Positions 1 through 13,055 of a DNA stretch of 64,000 bases are shown in pieces. Positions within the stretch are counted from its first letter, which is position 1. The number at the start of each line of letters is the position of its first letter. The position numbers and the translations under genes were made by a program. Source of the stretch: Octopus sinensis. Its lineage: Eukaryota. The stretch spans positions 20,025,360 to 20,089,359 of the forward strand of contig NC_043019.1 of the NCBI RefSeq assembly GCF_006345805.1, written 5' to 3'. Below the pieces are notes generated by a model. It was not told the origin of the DNA, did not search any database, and saw only the letters and a program-made list of their open reading frames with translations.

Positions 1-1335
1 ATCGAGAAGACAGCCCGCCAATAATCAAAATTTTATTGCTGATACTATAAGCCGAGATCTGGCAGAAGGGGTAATTGAACCTAGTATTTCTCCCTGGCGA
101 GCCCAGGAATTGGTAATATCAGGAGAAAACCATTGCAAGAGACTGTGTATTGATTATAGTGAGGACTATAAATAAGTTTACGCAATTAGATTGATATCCA
201 CTGCCAAATATGCATGACATGATCACAAAAATAGCTCAATTTAATTATTTTAGCACACTAGACCTCAAAAGTGCGTATCATCAAGTTGAGATTCCAGTTG
301 AAAATCGACCTTATACGGCTTTTGAAGCGCAGGGAAGATTATATTTAAGGCGGCGAGCTGGCAGAAACGTTAGCACGCCGGGCGAAATGCGCAGTCGTAT
401 TTCGTTTGCCGTTACGTTCTGAGTTCAAATTCCGCCGAGGTCGACTTTGCCTTTCATCCTTTCGGGGTCGATAAATTAAGTACCAGTTACGCACTGGGGT
501 CGATGTAATCGACTTAATCCGTTTGTCTGTCCTTGTTTGTCTCCTCTGTGTTTAGCCCCTTGTGGGTAGTAAAGAAATATATATCAAAGCAAACGTATTG
601 CTTTCGGACTTACAGATGCAGTGCCCTGTTTCCAGAGAGTGATCGATAATATAATCGAAAGCCATAATTGTAGAGCTACTTTTGCATATATCGACAACAT
701 AACTGTGTGTGGTAAATCGAAGGAAGAACATGGTCGAAATTTAAAACATTTTCTTCAAGTTTCTAAGGACTGTAATTTAACTTTTAATGATACCAAATGC
801 ATTTACAGCACTACATGGATTCGATTGCTTGGCTATGAAATTCAAAATGGTAACTTGAAACCTGACCCTGACCGGGTAAAACCCTTACTAGAACTACCTG
901 TTCCTAGTACCCACAAAGCATTGAGTCGAATTGTTGGTCTATTTGCGTATTATTCTAAATGGATTCCCAAATTCTCTGACACGATAAAACCGTTGGTTGA
1001 TACTAAATATTTCCCTTTGAGTGAACTAGCTTTATCAAGTTAAAAAACTTTACGAAATGATTTAGCAAACGCTACCTTAAAAGCGATTGATGAAAGCCTT
1101 CACTTCTCAATAGAAACAGATGCATCGGAGGTAGCTATGTCTGGCATTTTACATCAAAACGGAAAGCCAGTCGCATTCTTTTCAAGAACCCTCAACCCAA
1201 ATGAACGTCATTATTCTTGTATTGAAAAAGAGGTCACAGCGATTGTAGAATCTGTGAGAAAATGGTCTCATTTTCTTCTTGGACGTAACTTCACACTAAT
1301 AACTGATCAAAACAGTGTGGCTATTATGATTCATT
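1..1335 (+). mobile_element. Ty3/Gypsy LTR retrotransposon pol relic (RT + RNase H), split by a SINE
   Basis: FSTLDLKSAYHQV...FEAQGRLY|QSKRIAFGL...YIDN...IETDASEVA...VAFFSRTL...TLITDQ. In-frame stop at 1041-1043; SINE at 346-580. Confidence 0.92.
346..580 (+). mobile_element. tRNA-derived SINE, family A
   Basis: Head AAGGCGGCGAGCTGGCAG with B box GAGTTCAAATTCC, central GTCGACTTTGCCTTTCATCCTTTCGGGGTCGATAAA domain, tail GTAAAGAAATA. More than 10 copies in the window. Confidence 0.85.
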
Positions 1336-1613
1336 GTCAAAAGCGCAGTAACATATATATATATAATAAATTAATAAATAAATAAAACATATACATATAT
1401 ACATACATATATGTACGTACCTACCACTACATGCATATATGGGTACAGGATACCAAAAAAACGTCGAACACAATGAGAAACGAAAACATAAACACAAAAC
1501 CAAGGAAATGGACATTTTTCTTAAACAACGAAAAAATTGAGTATAGGACATACAAAACAAGGAAAATTCCCCTTCTTCAGTCGCCTTTGTTTCATCTACT
1601 CCACGTTCGAAGG

Positions 1614-1648
<35 letters not shown>

Positions 1649-2168
1649 GTCGCTATATTTTTCTCTCAACTTTTCACATATCCGACCTTTGACACGTAAC
1701 ATCATTTCACAAATGTAAAATCTGTTTTTGAAAAATAACAACTCACTAAACAATTTAGTTTCTAAATATCAATATAAAAAGCTTACACCCGTTCTTATGA
1801 CTTAATCCCATCTTCTCTCCGTTTTGAGCACTTCGATATAAACTATAGTTTATATTCAAAGTAACTGTATCATTAGAAAATTTAACATTTCTATACACCA
1901 TAACGGAATATATTTCCCTTTGTTCAATAACCAAAACCAATTTCAATATTGCAACTTCGTATATCGTCTTTGAGAGTGTCTCACTATTCAAATATTGTCT
2001 ATTCAATATTGTCAAAGTAATATTTTCTTTTTTCGTCGTCTATCTATCTATTTATCTATCTATATATTTATCTATCCATCTGTCTGTCTGTCTGTCTATT
2101 AATCTGTTGGCTTCTAGTAATTTGTTGGCCTGTCTGTCTGTTTGTCTATCAATCTGTCTATTAATCTA

Positions 2169-2221
<53 letters not shown>

Positions 2222-2515
2222 TGCACGCACGCGCGCGCACAAATTCGCACACAAACACAAATTTGCAGTCTTCATAACATGCTTAATTTCCAAACAATTC
2301 CTCCTCGCCAACTTTTCATATATTACTACTACTACTATATTGTAATAATAATGATATACAGGGTGCTATAATAATGATATACCAGCAGTAGCAACTCACT
2401 AAGAAAAAAATTAAAGTGTCTAGTTTGTTCCAACATATTTTCTTCATTGTAGTACATATATAAATTACCCTTTATTGCCAAAGTTCTTATATTCTTTCTC
2501 TCTCCTTAAAAATCT

Positions 2516-2566
2516 TGACTATATATATATATGCATATATATACATATATATGTATATATACATAC

Positions 2567-2613
<47 letters not shown>

Positions 2614-2698
2614 TATATATATATACATCATATATATATATACTCATATATATTATATATTATATATATATATATTTATATACATACTATATATATAT

Positions 2699-2742
<44 letters not shown>

Positions 2743-2808
2743 TATATATATATTGTATATGCAGGGTGCAAATGGATAAGTTGTCGTCACAAGAAGATAG
2801 ATAGATAG

Positions 2809-2875
<67 letters not shown>

Positions 2876-2895
2876 GATAGATAGATAGATAGATG
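2516..2895. repeat. (TA)n and (GATA)n microsatellites
   Basis: Directly visible. Confidence 0.95.
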
Positions 2896-3334
2896 GATGG
2901 ATAGATTCGTACATACATACAAACATACATGATGAGCTATAATGATGAAACATAGAGAGAGAGATTATTGTTGCTGGTGCTATTATTGTTATATAACTTT
3001 TGTATTTGCTTTTGTATCACCACAACGTGTTGCCCAAATCGAATAAAAGGATTGATAGAAGTTAATGGACAGGGTGTATTTGAGAGAATTCAAAAAATCC
3101 GACAGTGCCTGATTGCATTTCACCTGAGGATCCACCCACACACAGTTGTTACTGAAAAGTATTTAATTATATAGGAATTCTAAAGAATATTCTTATATAA
3201 TCTCTATATACACGGTACCATATGTTTCGAACTTATCATGAATCCTTGAAATTGTGAGGCGCATTAGAGATTCTGTTCCAGATTCATACCTCCATTGTCA
3301 TAGAACTACTTCAACAACAATCTCAACTTTGAAA

Positions 3335-3726
3335 TCTCTCTCTATACAAAGCTGAAGTTGTCTGTGTATGGCAGGTTTGGCAGCCTTCAACTAACACTAT
3401 CTCCTCCGAGACCCTGCGGCGCAAATTGACCAAAATTGAGAGTATGATAGAAGAAGGCTTGCTCTTCCTTCCGCATAAAGAAAATTCAAATCGGACCATG
3501 TTAACACCAAAAAATTTTTACATCAAAAAGGTGCTTTTTTTCTATGAAAATCCCTATTTTTTAACGATTTTTTTACTGCTGTATCGCCATTTTTCGGTGT
3601 ATTTCAACCAGAAAAATGTTCACTTAAAGAGAATAACAAGCTACATAATGCAAAATTTTTACTTTTCAAAAATTCCAATTCTAAAGGGTCGAAACAAACC
3701 CGAGCAACGTCGGGTGATACTGCTAG
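3335..3726 (+). mobile_element. Non-autonomous Helitron
   Basis: A|TC 5' end, 3' hairpin CCCGAGCAACGTCGGG, CTAG|T end. Confidence 0.7.
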
Positions 3727-4040
3727 TAATGATATATAAATGTAAACTCGGCAACTTAAAGCTGGCGTCCGGTGCAGAAGTATAGAGTTCTTGAACTTGT
3801 AGTGCGAGTTACCTGGCTTCCATGGCTAAATCACAGCTTACCCCCTGAAAGGGATTATTAATTTGCAGCGGAGTGGACTGAAGTAACGTAAAGTGGTTTG
3901 CTCAAGAACAACGTAGCACTTGGTCCGAGAAACGGAACAAGGATCTTAGGATAGTGAGTGCAACACCCTGACAGCGTGACTTCACACACACACACACACA
4001 AAACCTTATATTTTCCATCCTTATGTATTCTTATATATAA

Positions 4041-4439
4041 CTAGCAGTATCGCCCGGCGTTGCTCGGGTTTGTAAGGGAAATAACTATATAAGCATTTTT
4101 AGAGAGTTATAGCCAAAAAATAGTAAAAAAATACATTAAAAATGGGAAAAAAAATGATGGTAATTTTTTTTTTAAATCGTTGACTAATCATAGACATTTT
4201 TAGAGAGTTACTTCCCTTATATAATAGCGAAAAAATGCATTAAAATGGAAAAAAATGATGGTAAATTATTTTTAAAATCGTAGACTCATCGTAGACGCGC
4301 GCTAATACCCAGAAGGGCTCGATATGAATCACGACTATAAGATACCCGGTTTTGGTTAAACTGCACCGCAAAATTTGGGAGTAGTTAGGAATCTAAATCG
4401 TAGGAGACAGACACACAACCTTACTTATATATATAAAGA
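4041..4439 (-). mobile_element. Non-autonomous Helitron
   Basis: Minus strand begins A|TCTTTATATAT and ends CCCGAGCAACGCCGGGCGATACTGCTAG|T. Confidence 0.75.
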
Positions 4440-4462
4440 TATACAAATATACGTTTGTAGTG

Positions 4463-4515
<53 letters not shown>

Positions 4516-4686
4516 TTCGGCTAATTATCGTGTTAGAAATGAACAATTATGAAAGCTCCTCCATCAAAACTGCCGACTAATTAACCGTGATCTGATTGGC
4601 TATTGTACAGAATATGGCAGACAATGTCATATTTCGACTAGAGTGGCTGTCGCCGAGTTCCCGGTTGAGTTGTAATGTAATGTAGG

Positions 4687-4930
4687 GTGATGACGACGAC
4701 GACGATGATCATGATGATGATGATGATGATAACGACAACGGCGGCGGCGATGATGATAATGATGTTGATAATGATGCTGGTGTCACGAAGACAATAACGG
4801 TGACAGTGGCAACGATAATAATGATGATGATGATGATGGTGATGATGGTGATGATGGTGGTGTTGATGATGATGATGTTGATAATGATGACGACGACGAC
4901 AAAGAAGACAATAACGGTGACAGTGGCAAC

Positions 4931-4964
<34 letters not shown>

Positions 4965-5075
4965 GTGATAATAATGATGAGGATGATGATGATGATGGTG
5001 GTGGTGGTGATGATGATGATGGTGGTGGTGGTGGTGGTGATGACGATAATGATGATAATGATGATAATGATGAGG

Positions 5076-5110
<35 letters not shown>

Positions 5111-5288
5111 GATGATGATAATGATGATGATGATGATGGTGGTGATGATAATGATGATGATGACGACGACGACGACGACGGTGGTAGTAGTGGTGGTGGT
5201 GGTGACGATGATGATGATGAAGATGATGATGATGATAATGATGATGACGACGATGTTATGATGATGATGATGATGATGATGATGATGT

Positions 5289-5323
<35 letters not shown>

Positions 5324-5347
5324 TTGATGATGACGGTGGTGGCGACG

Positions 5348-5380
<33 letters not shown>

Positions 5381-5382
5381 TA
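4687..5382. repeat. Cryptic (GAT/GGT/GAC)n triplet array plus (TAG)n
   Basis: Directly visible; source of the poly-Met/Ile/His ORFs. Confidence 0.95.
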
Positions 5383-5689
5383 GACTGTAACAGCGTATCG
5401 CTACATCCACCATTTTCAGTAGAGTTTGGTTAAAAAAAAAAAAGCCAAACACCGCCATTTTCGTTTCGATTTTCGTATCTATCCTCACCTAGGATCATGA
5501 ATGTTGGGCAATGACCGAAAGTGTATGATCGCAATTACAACCCTCCAACCCAGTTGTTGCTGGTGAGGGTTTTACGAGGTTCGAGCGCAAATCCTACCTC
5601 AACCCTTTTTTTAGTCACCTTTTACGACACACAGTGGAAACGTTGGGTCTGTTCCTTGACATACCAGTCCTCACATAGCATGTGAAATA

Positions 5690-6780
5690 TACTACCAGAA
5701 AATATAGGGGAGACCGTCGCGACCCAGCGACCTGCCTCTTCCAATTTACCTAATGATTGTTTAGGTCGCCCTTGATTTTTCCCAATTCCAATTCATTCCA
5801 ACCATGACCACCTCGTCTCTCGTTCAGGCATAGTATACCTAAGACATAGCTTTCGTATGTATTTCAGCCGTGAATATAATGTAGTCCTAGATACACCGTG
5901 CCTTTTCTCACCCCTTTATTGATACGTTGGTATTTTATTTTCAAGATTGTTTAGGTCGCCCTTGTTTCCAATCGACAATGCCTCTTCCACTTTCGCAGCT
6001 GTGATCGGCCCTTCACAGCACTCCGCCTCCCTCTCCGAGGGGCGCGGTAGACCGGCAAGAAAGTCCGTGAGGTCCTCCCTACGATCCCGACCATCTCCAC
6101 CCCCACCGAAACAGTCCGGCGAAATGCTAGTGTAAGGCCGCGCATATCTCCTCAGGTTCAGTTACCGTTTGCCCCTATTGGTTCGTCAAAGACCTTAATA
6201 TGGCATTATTGCCACGCTGAGACTCTACAATACGAGCCCATCCGGCGGAGTTGATACCCTCTTGGCCTATCGCACGTACCTTCGCTCTGACTCTGCAACC
6301 CACGTGTTTGGCCTCGCGGTGATGGCTGAGCGCCATTCTCGCAGTCCGTGGTCAACACTCGAGAAGCAGATCCATATCTCATTGCCTCCTCTAATGCGTT
6401 CACTAAGTCCCTCTCTACACTATTTCTGTTCTTAGCTAACTCTCTACTAAATGTAATCGACACTTTTTTATGGCTCTTTTAAGGGAATACCACCATTTGT
6501 TATTAACAATGGTCCCTGTCAATGCCTGCCTCACTAACTCTCTAATCCGACTCCCGTAGGCTTCACAGGTCAGTAGCGACTTATTTAACTTCCAGTAGCC
6601 GGATCCCTGCCTAGTCATGCTATCTACGTCCAGCTTACGAGTCACCAGTTTGTGATCACTGTAGCTAACAATGGTTAACTGTGGACACCTAGCTATATTC
6701 TTGTCCTTATTCCTAATAAGTATTCTGTCTAGGTAAAATCTAGATGACCCATCGTTTCTTGTGCCTTTAGTAGAAAGCCT
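5690..6780 (-). mobile_element. L1/Tx1-clade LINE ORF2 relic (endonuclease C-terminus and linker)
   Basis: FYLDRIL...SDHKLV...GSGYWKLNKSLL...GPITAAKVEEAL...GRSLGRDGLPY. Frameshifted and interrupted at 5743-5966. Confidence 0.8.
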
Positions 6781-6867
6781 TTTTTAAGGCAGGGGGCTGG
6801 TAGAATACTTAGCACGCCGGGCAAAATTCTTATAGAACTGAGTCGATGTAATCGACTTACCACTACC

Positions 6868-7468
6868 TATTTCTTTACTACCCACAAGGGGCTAAACACA
6901 GAGGGGACAAACAAGGACAGACAAACGGATTAAGTCGATTATATCGACCCCAGTGTGTAACTGGTACTTATTTAATCGACCCCGAAAGGATGAAAGGCAA
7001 AGTCGACCTCGGCGGAATTTGAACTCAGAACGTAACGGCAGACGAAATACCTATTTCTTTATTACCCACAAGGGGCTAAACATAAAGGGGACAAACAAGG
7101 ACAGACAAACGGATTAAGTCGATTACATCGACCCCAGTGTGTAACTGGTACTTATTTAATCGGCCCCGAAAGGATGAAAAGCAAAGTCGACCTCGGCGGA
7201 ATTTGAACTCAGAACATAAAGACAGAAGAAATACCTATTTCTTTATTACCCACAAGGGGCTAAACACAGAGGGGACAAACTAGGACAGACATAGGTATTA
7301 AGTCGATTACATCGACCCCAGTCCGTAACTGGTACTTATTTAATCGACCCCGAAAGGATGAAAGGCAAAGTCGACCTCGGCGGAATTTGAACTCAGAACG
7401 TAACGGCAGCCGAAATACAGCTAAGCATTTCGCCCGACGTGCTAACGTTTCTGCCAGCTCACCGCCTT
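6868..7468 (-). mobile_element. Family A SINE head-to-tail trimer
   Basis: Three ~180-bp bodies, one head, and an 11-bp TSD TTACCACTACC (6857-6867 / 7467-7477). Confidence 0.85.
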
Positions 7469-8014
7469 ACCACTACCAATATCCTCCAAAATTGCTAACC
7501 TTGTGCCGAAATTTAAAACCATTATTATTATTATTATTGTTATTATTATTGTTGTTGTTGTTGTTGATGTTAAAAAGCGCGGCAAGGTGGCAGAATCATT
7601 AGCACGCCAGACAAAATGCACATCAGCATTTCTTCTGTCTTTACGGTTCCGAGTTCAAATGCTGCCGAGGTCGACTTTTCCCTTCATCCTTTTGGGAATT
7701 CATAAAATAAGTATAAGTTAAACGTTAGGGGATGGTAGTGTCGATGCAAATTTTCAGGTTTTGTGTCCATGGTAAAAAGGATTATAATCAATACACCAGA
7801 GAAGTAATTAACTAAAAAGAATTAAAGCTTCCCACGGGGAAATGTTCATTATTACAAAACGGTGAGAATAAGCAGCACTTTTTAATATTTTTTATATTTT
7901 CCATCACGTTCCAAAGTTACTTCCCTTGATTAGATACAAATTCAAGGGAGGTAATTCGAAATAGCAACGTTTACTGTAAAAAAAGAAAAAACGATATGTA
8001 CACACATACATATA

Positions 8015-8365
8015 TACTCTTTTACTTGTTTCAGTCATTTGACTGTGGCCATGCTGGAGCACTGCCTTTAGTCGAGCAAATCGACCCCAGGACTTATTCT
8101 TTGTAAGCTTAGTATTATTCTATCGGCTCTTTTTGCCGAACCGCTAGATTACGGCGACGTAAACACACCAGCATCGGTTGTCAAGCGATGTTGGGGGGGA
8201 CAAACACAGACACACAAACATATACACACACACACACACACACACATACATACATACGACGGGCTTCTTTCAGTTTCCGTCTACCAAATCCACTCACTTT
8301 GGTCGGCCCGAGGCTATAGTAGAAGACACTTGCCCTAGTTGCCACGCAGTGGGACTGAACCCGGA
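8015..8365 (-). mobile_element. CORE-like SINE, family B (5'-truncated)
   Basis: CTTGGGCAAGTGTCTTCTACTATAGC-type core, internal TA/TG microsatellite, GTAAAAGA tail. Confidence 0.8.
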
Positions 8366-8993
8366 ACTACGAAAGAATGAAAGGAAAAGTTGAGCTCAGC
8401 GGAATTCGAACTCAGAACGTAGAGCGCTGAAATAAGCGCCGATGAACATTCTGTTCGACGCACCAACGATTCTGACAGCTCACTGCGGCCCTAGGAGGAA
8501 ATCTTGAAAATAAAATACCTACGTATCAATAAAGGGGAGAGAAAAGGCACGGTGTATCTAGGACTACATTATAATATATTCGCGGCTGAAATATATACGA
8601 AAGCTATGTCTTAGGTATACTATGCCTGAACGAGAGACGAGGTGGTCATGGTTGGAATGAATTGGAATTGGGGAAAAATCAAGGGCGACCTAAACAACAA
8701 TCATTAGGTAAATCGAGATAATTCCATTGGTGTTGATTCGTAAACATTTTCTGCTTATAAACAGCCACAGAGTGGCGGTGGGTGGACCCGGTAGTATAGG
8801 GGCAGAATTGTAGGGGAGTTGCGTAATTATTTTGTTGCAGTTTATTAAAGTTAAAAAAATGGTGAGACATGATTTCCGAAGATTTACCGAAGTCAGACAT
8901 TGTTCTCCGAGAGTTGCTTCCCTTTACTGCTTCATTTGTGACTAATAAAATTTTTGGTGCATTTCTACTTTAAACACTCCATATAATACCCAC

Positions 8994-9363
8994 GTGGAGA
9001 CGCAATGGCCCAGTGGTTAGGGCAGCGGACTCGCGGTTTCGATTCCCAGACCGGGCGTTGTGAGTGTTTATTGAGCGAAAACACCTAAAGCTCCACGAGG
9101 TTCCGGCAGGGGATGGTGGTGATCCCTGCTGTACTCTTTCACCTCAACTTTTTCTCACTCTTACTTCCTGTTTCTGTTGTACCTGTATTTCAAAGGGCCG
9201 GCCTTGTCACTCTCTGTGTCATGCTGAATATCCCCGAGAACTACGTTAAGAGTACACGTGTCTGTGGAGTGCTCAGCCACTTACACGTTAATTTCACGAG
9301 CAGGCTGTTCCGTTGATTCGGATCAACCGGAACCCTCGTCGTCGTAACCGACGGAGTGCTTCC
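8994..9363 (+). mobile_element. tRNA-derived SINE, family C (tail X)
   Basis: GCAATGGCCCAGTGGTTAG A box, GTTTCGATTCCC B box, tail CGTAACCGACGGAGTGCTTCC. Further copies at 11050, 17361 and 58676. Confidence 0.85.
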
Positions 9364-9915
9364 ATATATCCATAATCCCCACGTAGCATATTTTTTAGAA
9401 TTTCCAGATCAGTTTAAAATACGAACAGTCAGAATCTTTTGCTTAAATCCCAGCAAAACAGACGTATCTTTACCTTTTGACTTACAGATTCAAGAAATAA
9501 TTTTTCGTAACTAAACACTTTCAAACTTCGGACACTGGTAGACTGTGTCATATAAAACATCTTTTACTCTTAGCATTTTTGAGAAAAACTTATATTTACG
9601 AAGTTATTTCACGTTAAAGTTGTCCTATTTCGGTAATTTCAACCAATCAATCAGCTGTGCAACCTATATAATAGAACCTATTATATAAATAACAGTGACA
9701 AACAAAAAATACACCGCCGATAGTTGTTGACAAACAGCAGTAATTTTATTCAGCTATATGCACGTCATTTAAATATCCATTTTCCTGAAAGTTTAGACAA
9801 ATTGGTCTCCAGTAATTTTCCGAAAATCCTCCCCACCCCCTCCTAAAAAAAATTGTATATTCGGAATCTACATGATATAACACATATTCGTAGAAAATTT
9901 CATTACAAAATATCC

Positions 9916-10103
9916 ATAGGCGCAGGAGTGGCTGTGTGGTAAGTAGCTTGTTTACCAACTACAAGGTTCCGGGTTCAGTCCCACTGCGTGGCACCTTGGG
10001 CAAGGGTCTTATACTATAGCCTCGGGTCGACCAAAGCCTTGTGAGTGGATTTGGTAGACAGAAACTGAAAGAAGCCCGTCGTATATATGTATGTATGTAT
10101 ATA

Positions 10104-10136
<33 letters not shown>

Positions 10137-10352
10137 GTGTGTGTGTGTGTGTATGTTTGTGTGTCTGTGTCCCCTAGCATTGCTTGACAACCGATGCTGG
10201 TGTGTTTATGTCCGTGTCAATTAGAGGTTCAACAAAAGAGACCAATAGAATAAGTACTGGGCTTACAAAGAATAAGTCCCGGGGTCGATTTGCTCGATTA
10301 AAGGCGGTGCTCCAGCATGGCCGCAGTCAAAATGACTGAAACAAGTAAAAAG
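9916..10352 (+). mobile_element. Family B SINE, full length
   Basis: ATAGGCGCAGGAGTGGCTGTGTGGTAAG head through GAAACAAGTAAAAAGAG tail. Confidence 0.85.
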
Positions 10353-10379
10353 AGAGAGAGAAAAAAAAGAGAGAGATTT

Positions 10380-11992
10380 TTCTGAAAGTTATCATCATTG
10401 AAAGTCGGCAGGGGGACAGAAAGCCTGTGGTGAGATGGCACCAACTGTCAATGATCTCATAATGCATGTGCCCCCAATCATTGCACAAAACTTTAGCGAG
10501 CCATCTTAGCTCCACGTAATGATGCTGTCGACAAATTCATCTCAGATCTCTTGCAGCTGTTGCCTGGACAAGAACAGTCTTTCAAATCCGTCGACAGTGA
10601 TCAAGACCAAGCTGTAGTTTTTCCAGCTGAGTTCCTGAACTCTCTACAGCCATCTGGGATGCTACCTCACAACTTAAAACTTAAAAAGGGGGCCCCTCAA
10701 TCATACTGTTCAGGAATCTGGGTTCACCTTGTCTGTGCAGTGGCACTATAACCGGTGGTGAAAGGGATGCGACCCCATATCCTAGAGGCAATCATGACTG
10801 GGAACTATAAGGGTGAGGATGCCTTCATTCTACGGATCCCATTAATCCCATATGACCTCCCCTCCAAATTTAAAAGGTTCCAGTTCCCAGTGAAATTAAG
10901 TTTCACTATGTCAGTAAACGTGTTTCATGGACAGTCTCTCAAGCTTGTTGGACTTCACCTTGCTTCTCATGGCCCAATTATATGTAGGATGTTCGCGAGT
11001 TGGAATTCCTGAAAATCTTTCCATTTATACACCAATTAAAGGACACACTGTGGAGGCGCAATGGCCCAGTGGTTAGGACAGCGGACTCGCGGTCATAGGA
11101 TCGCGGTTTTGATTCCCAGACCGGGCGTTGTGAGTGTTTATTGAGCAAAAACACCTAAAAAAAATGCTCCACGAGGCTCCAGCAGGGGATGGTGGTGATC
11201 CCTGCTGTACTCTTTCACCACAACTTTCTCTCACTCTTACTTCCTGTTTCTGTTGTACCTGTATTTCAAGGGGCCGGCCTTGTCACTCTGTGTGTCACGC
11301 TGAATATCCCCAAGAACTACGTTAAGGGTACACGTGTCTGTGGAGTGCTCAGCCACTTACACGTTAATTTCACGAGCAGGCTGTTCCATTGATTCGGATC
11401 AACCGGAACCCTCATCGTCGTAACCGACGGAGTGCTTCCATCCAAAGGACACACTCAAAACATCGTATATTCAGAAGCTCTAGATAATCAAACTGCGATT
11501 GATATTAGGATTTGTTTCAATACATTTGTTTATACTTACGTCATCTGATAGAATTTTTGTTAAATGTACTTATTAAGAGGGGAGCGCCCGCAGGCCGGTT
11601 CTTCTCAAATTTATACATTTCCAGGTTCAACATATTTCAAATAAGTACAGACAATTGAAGGTGATTGTGAAAACAAAGAACTACCTGGTTTTTTTTAAAC
11701 AATTTTAACAGTGGGAACATCAGATAAAACACATTGACATAAATAGTTTGTACCTCAGCTAATTACTATTGAGAACTGCATAATCCATGTTTTAATTTAG
11801 AGATTTAAAAAGGTGTACTTAAATTTCATGATTTTCAATTACCTGGGAAATGCCAAGTTATTAACGTATAAAGTTGGTATCTCAGCTACAAGAAGGTAAG
11901 ACCTGCTTAGTCTGTTTCATGTTAGATACCTAAAAGGTATTTTTAAATTTCACCATTTGCTTTAACCGAGCAACGTCGAGTATTTCTGCTAG
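10380..11992 (+). mobile_element. Helitron 3' part with degenerate PIF1-like helicase
   Basis: FPAEFLNSLQPSGMLPHNLKLKKG...RIPLIP...FKRFQFPVKLSF...GQSL...HG...NIVYSEAL. 3' hairpin and CTAG|T at 11989-11993. Confidence 0.88.
11050..11443 (+). mobile_element. Family C SINE inserted in the Helitron helicase
   Basis: 12-bp TSD AAAGGACACACT at 11038-11049 and 11444-11455. Confidence 0.9.
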
Positions 11993-12264
11993 TTCCAAGT
12001 AAAAAGGTGCTCAAGGCAGAATTCCGCCAAATTATGTAATTAAGTAAACTATCTACATACACTCAACACATATAATGCAACACCAACTCTTTTATACATA
12101 AGAACACATTAAACAATGTAGCCACCAACATACAAAAGATGGTGGATGGTCACGGCTGAGAAGCCTTTGTAGATAATTTGCTTTTTGTTTTCTTTAAACT
12201 GTTTTTTCTTTTCTCAGTGCTGCCATGGGCGACACAATACCGCATTAGAGAAAATACATGTCAA

Positions 12265-13055
12265 AATGGTGATGGTGCAGGCTTTGCAACTACGTGGTTT
12301 CAGGTTCTTATTTCTTCATTGCCCACAAGGGGCTAAACAGAAGGGACAAACGGATTAAGTCGATTACATCAACTCCAGTGCGTAACTGGTACTTAATTTA
12401 TCGACCCTGAAAGGATGAAAGGCAAAGTCGACTTCGGTGGAATTCGAACGTAACGGCAGACGAAATACTGCTAAGCATTTCGCCCGGCGTGCTAACGGTT
12501 CTGCCAGATTACCGCATGGTTTCAGGTTCTGTTTCGCTGCATAGTAACTTAAGGAAATGTGTTGTACTATATAGCCCTGGACCAACCAATGCCTTGTGAG
12601 TGAATTCGGTAGGCAGAATTTGTAAGGAAGCCCGTCGTATGTGTTTATCGGTTTGTCCCCACCACCTATTTCTTTACTACCCACAAGGGGCTAAACACAG
12701 AGAGGTCAAACAAGGACAGACAAACGGATTAAATCGATTATATCGACCCAAGTGCGTAACTGGTACTTAATTTATCGACCCCCGAAAGGATGAAAGACAA
12801 AGTCGACCTTGGCGGAATTTGAACTCAGAACGTAGCGTCAGACGAAATACCGCTAAGCATTTCGCCCGGTGTGCTAAAGTTTCTGCCAGCTCGCCGCCTT
12901 GAATTGATGTTGGTTTGTTTAAATCTCCCTGCAAAACAGACCAACAGAATAAATACCAGAGTTTAAAATTGAGAAAACTGTACTGGGGTCAGTAGAAACC
13001 CTTCACGGGAGCGCCCCAGCATGACCACAGTCCAATGACCTAAACAAAAGATAAA
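12265..13055. mobile_element. Old family B SINE interrupted by two family A SINEs (12309-12520, 12665-12899)
   Basis: B segments resume across both A copies; TSD TGGTTTCAGGTTC flanks the first A copy. Confidence 0.7.

Noticed and set aside
1755-2015. 86-aa ORF in unique AT-rich DNA
   Set aside because: No recognisable homology or splice support; length is within chance expectation.
4709-5488. 259-aa and 153-aa low-complexity ORFs
   Set aside because: Translations of the (GAT)n array.
8994-9060. tRNA-like heads as functional tRNA genes
   Set aside because: A and B boxes are present, but there is no complete cloverleaf and each continues into a SINE body.
9064-9316. Recurrent ORFs MFIERKHL... 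and MVVIPAVLFH... (also at 11134, 17407, 58721), and MNSERNGRRN..., MLAWVGRF...
   Set aside because: Incidental frames of multicopy SINEs, not a gene family.
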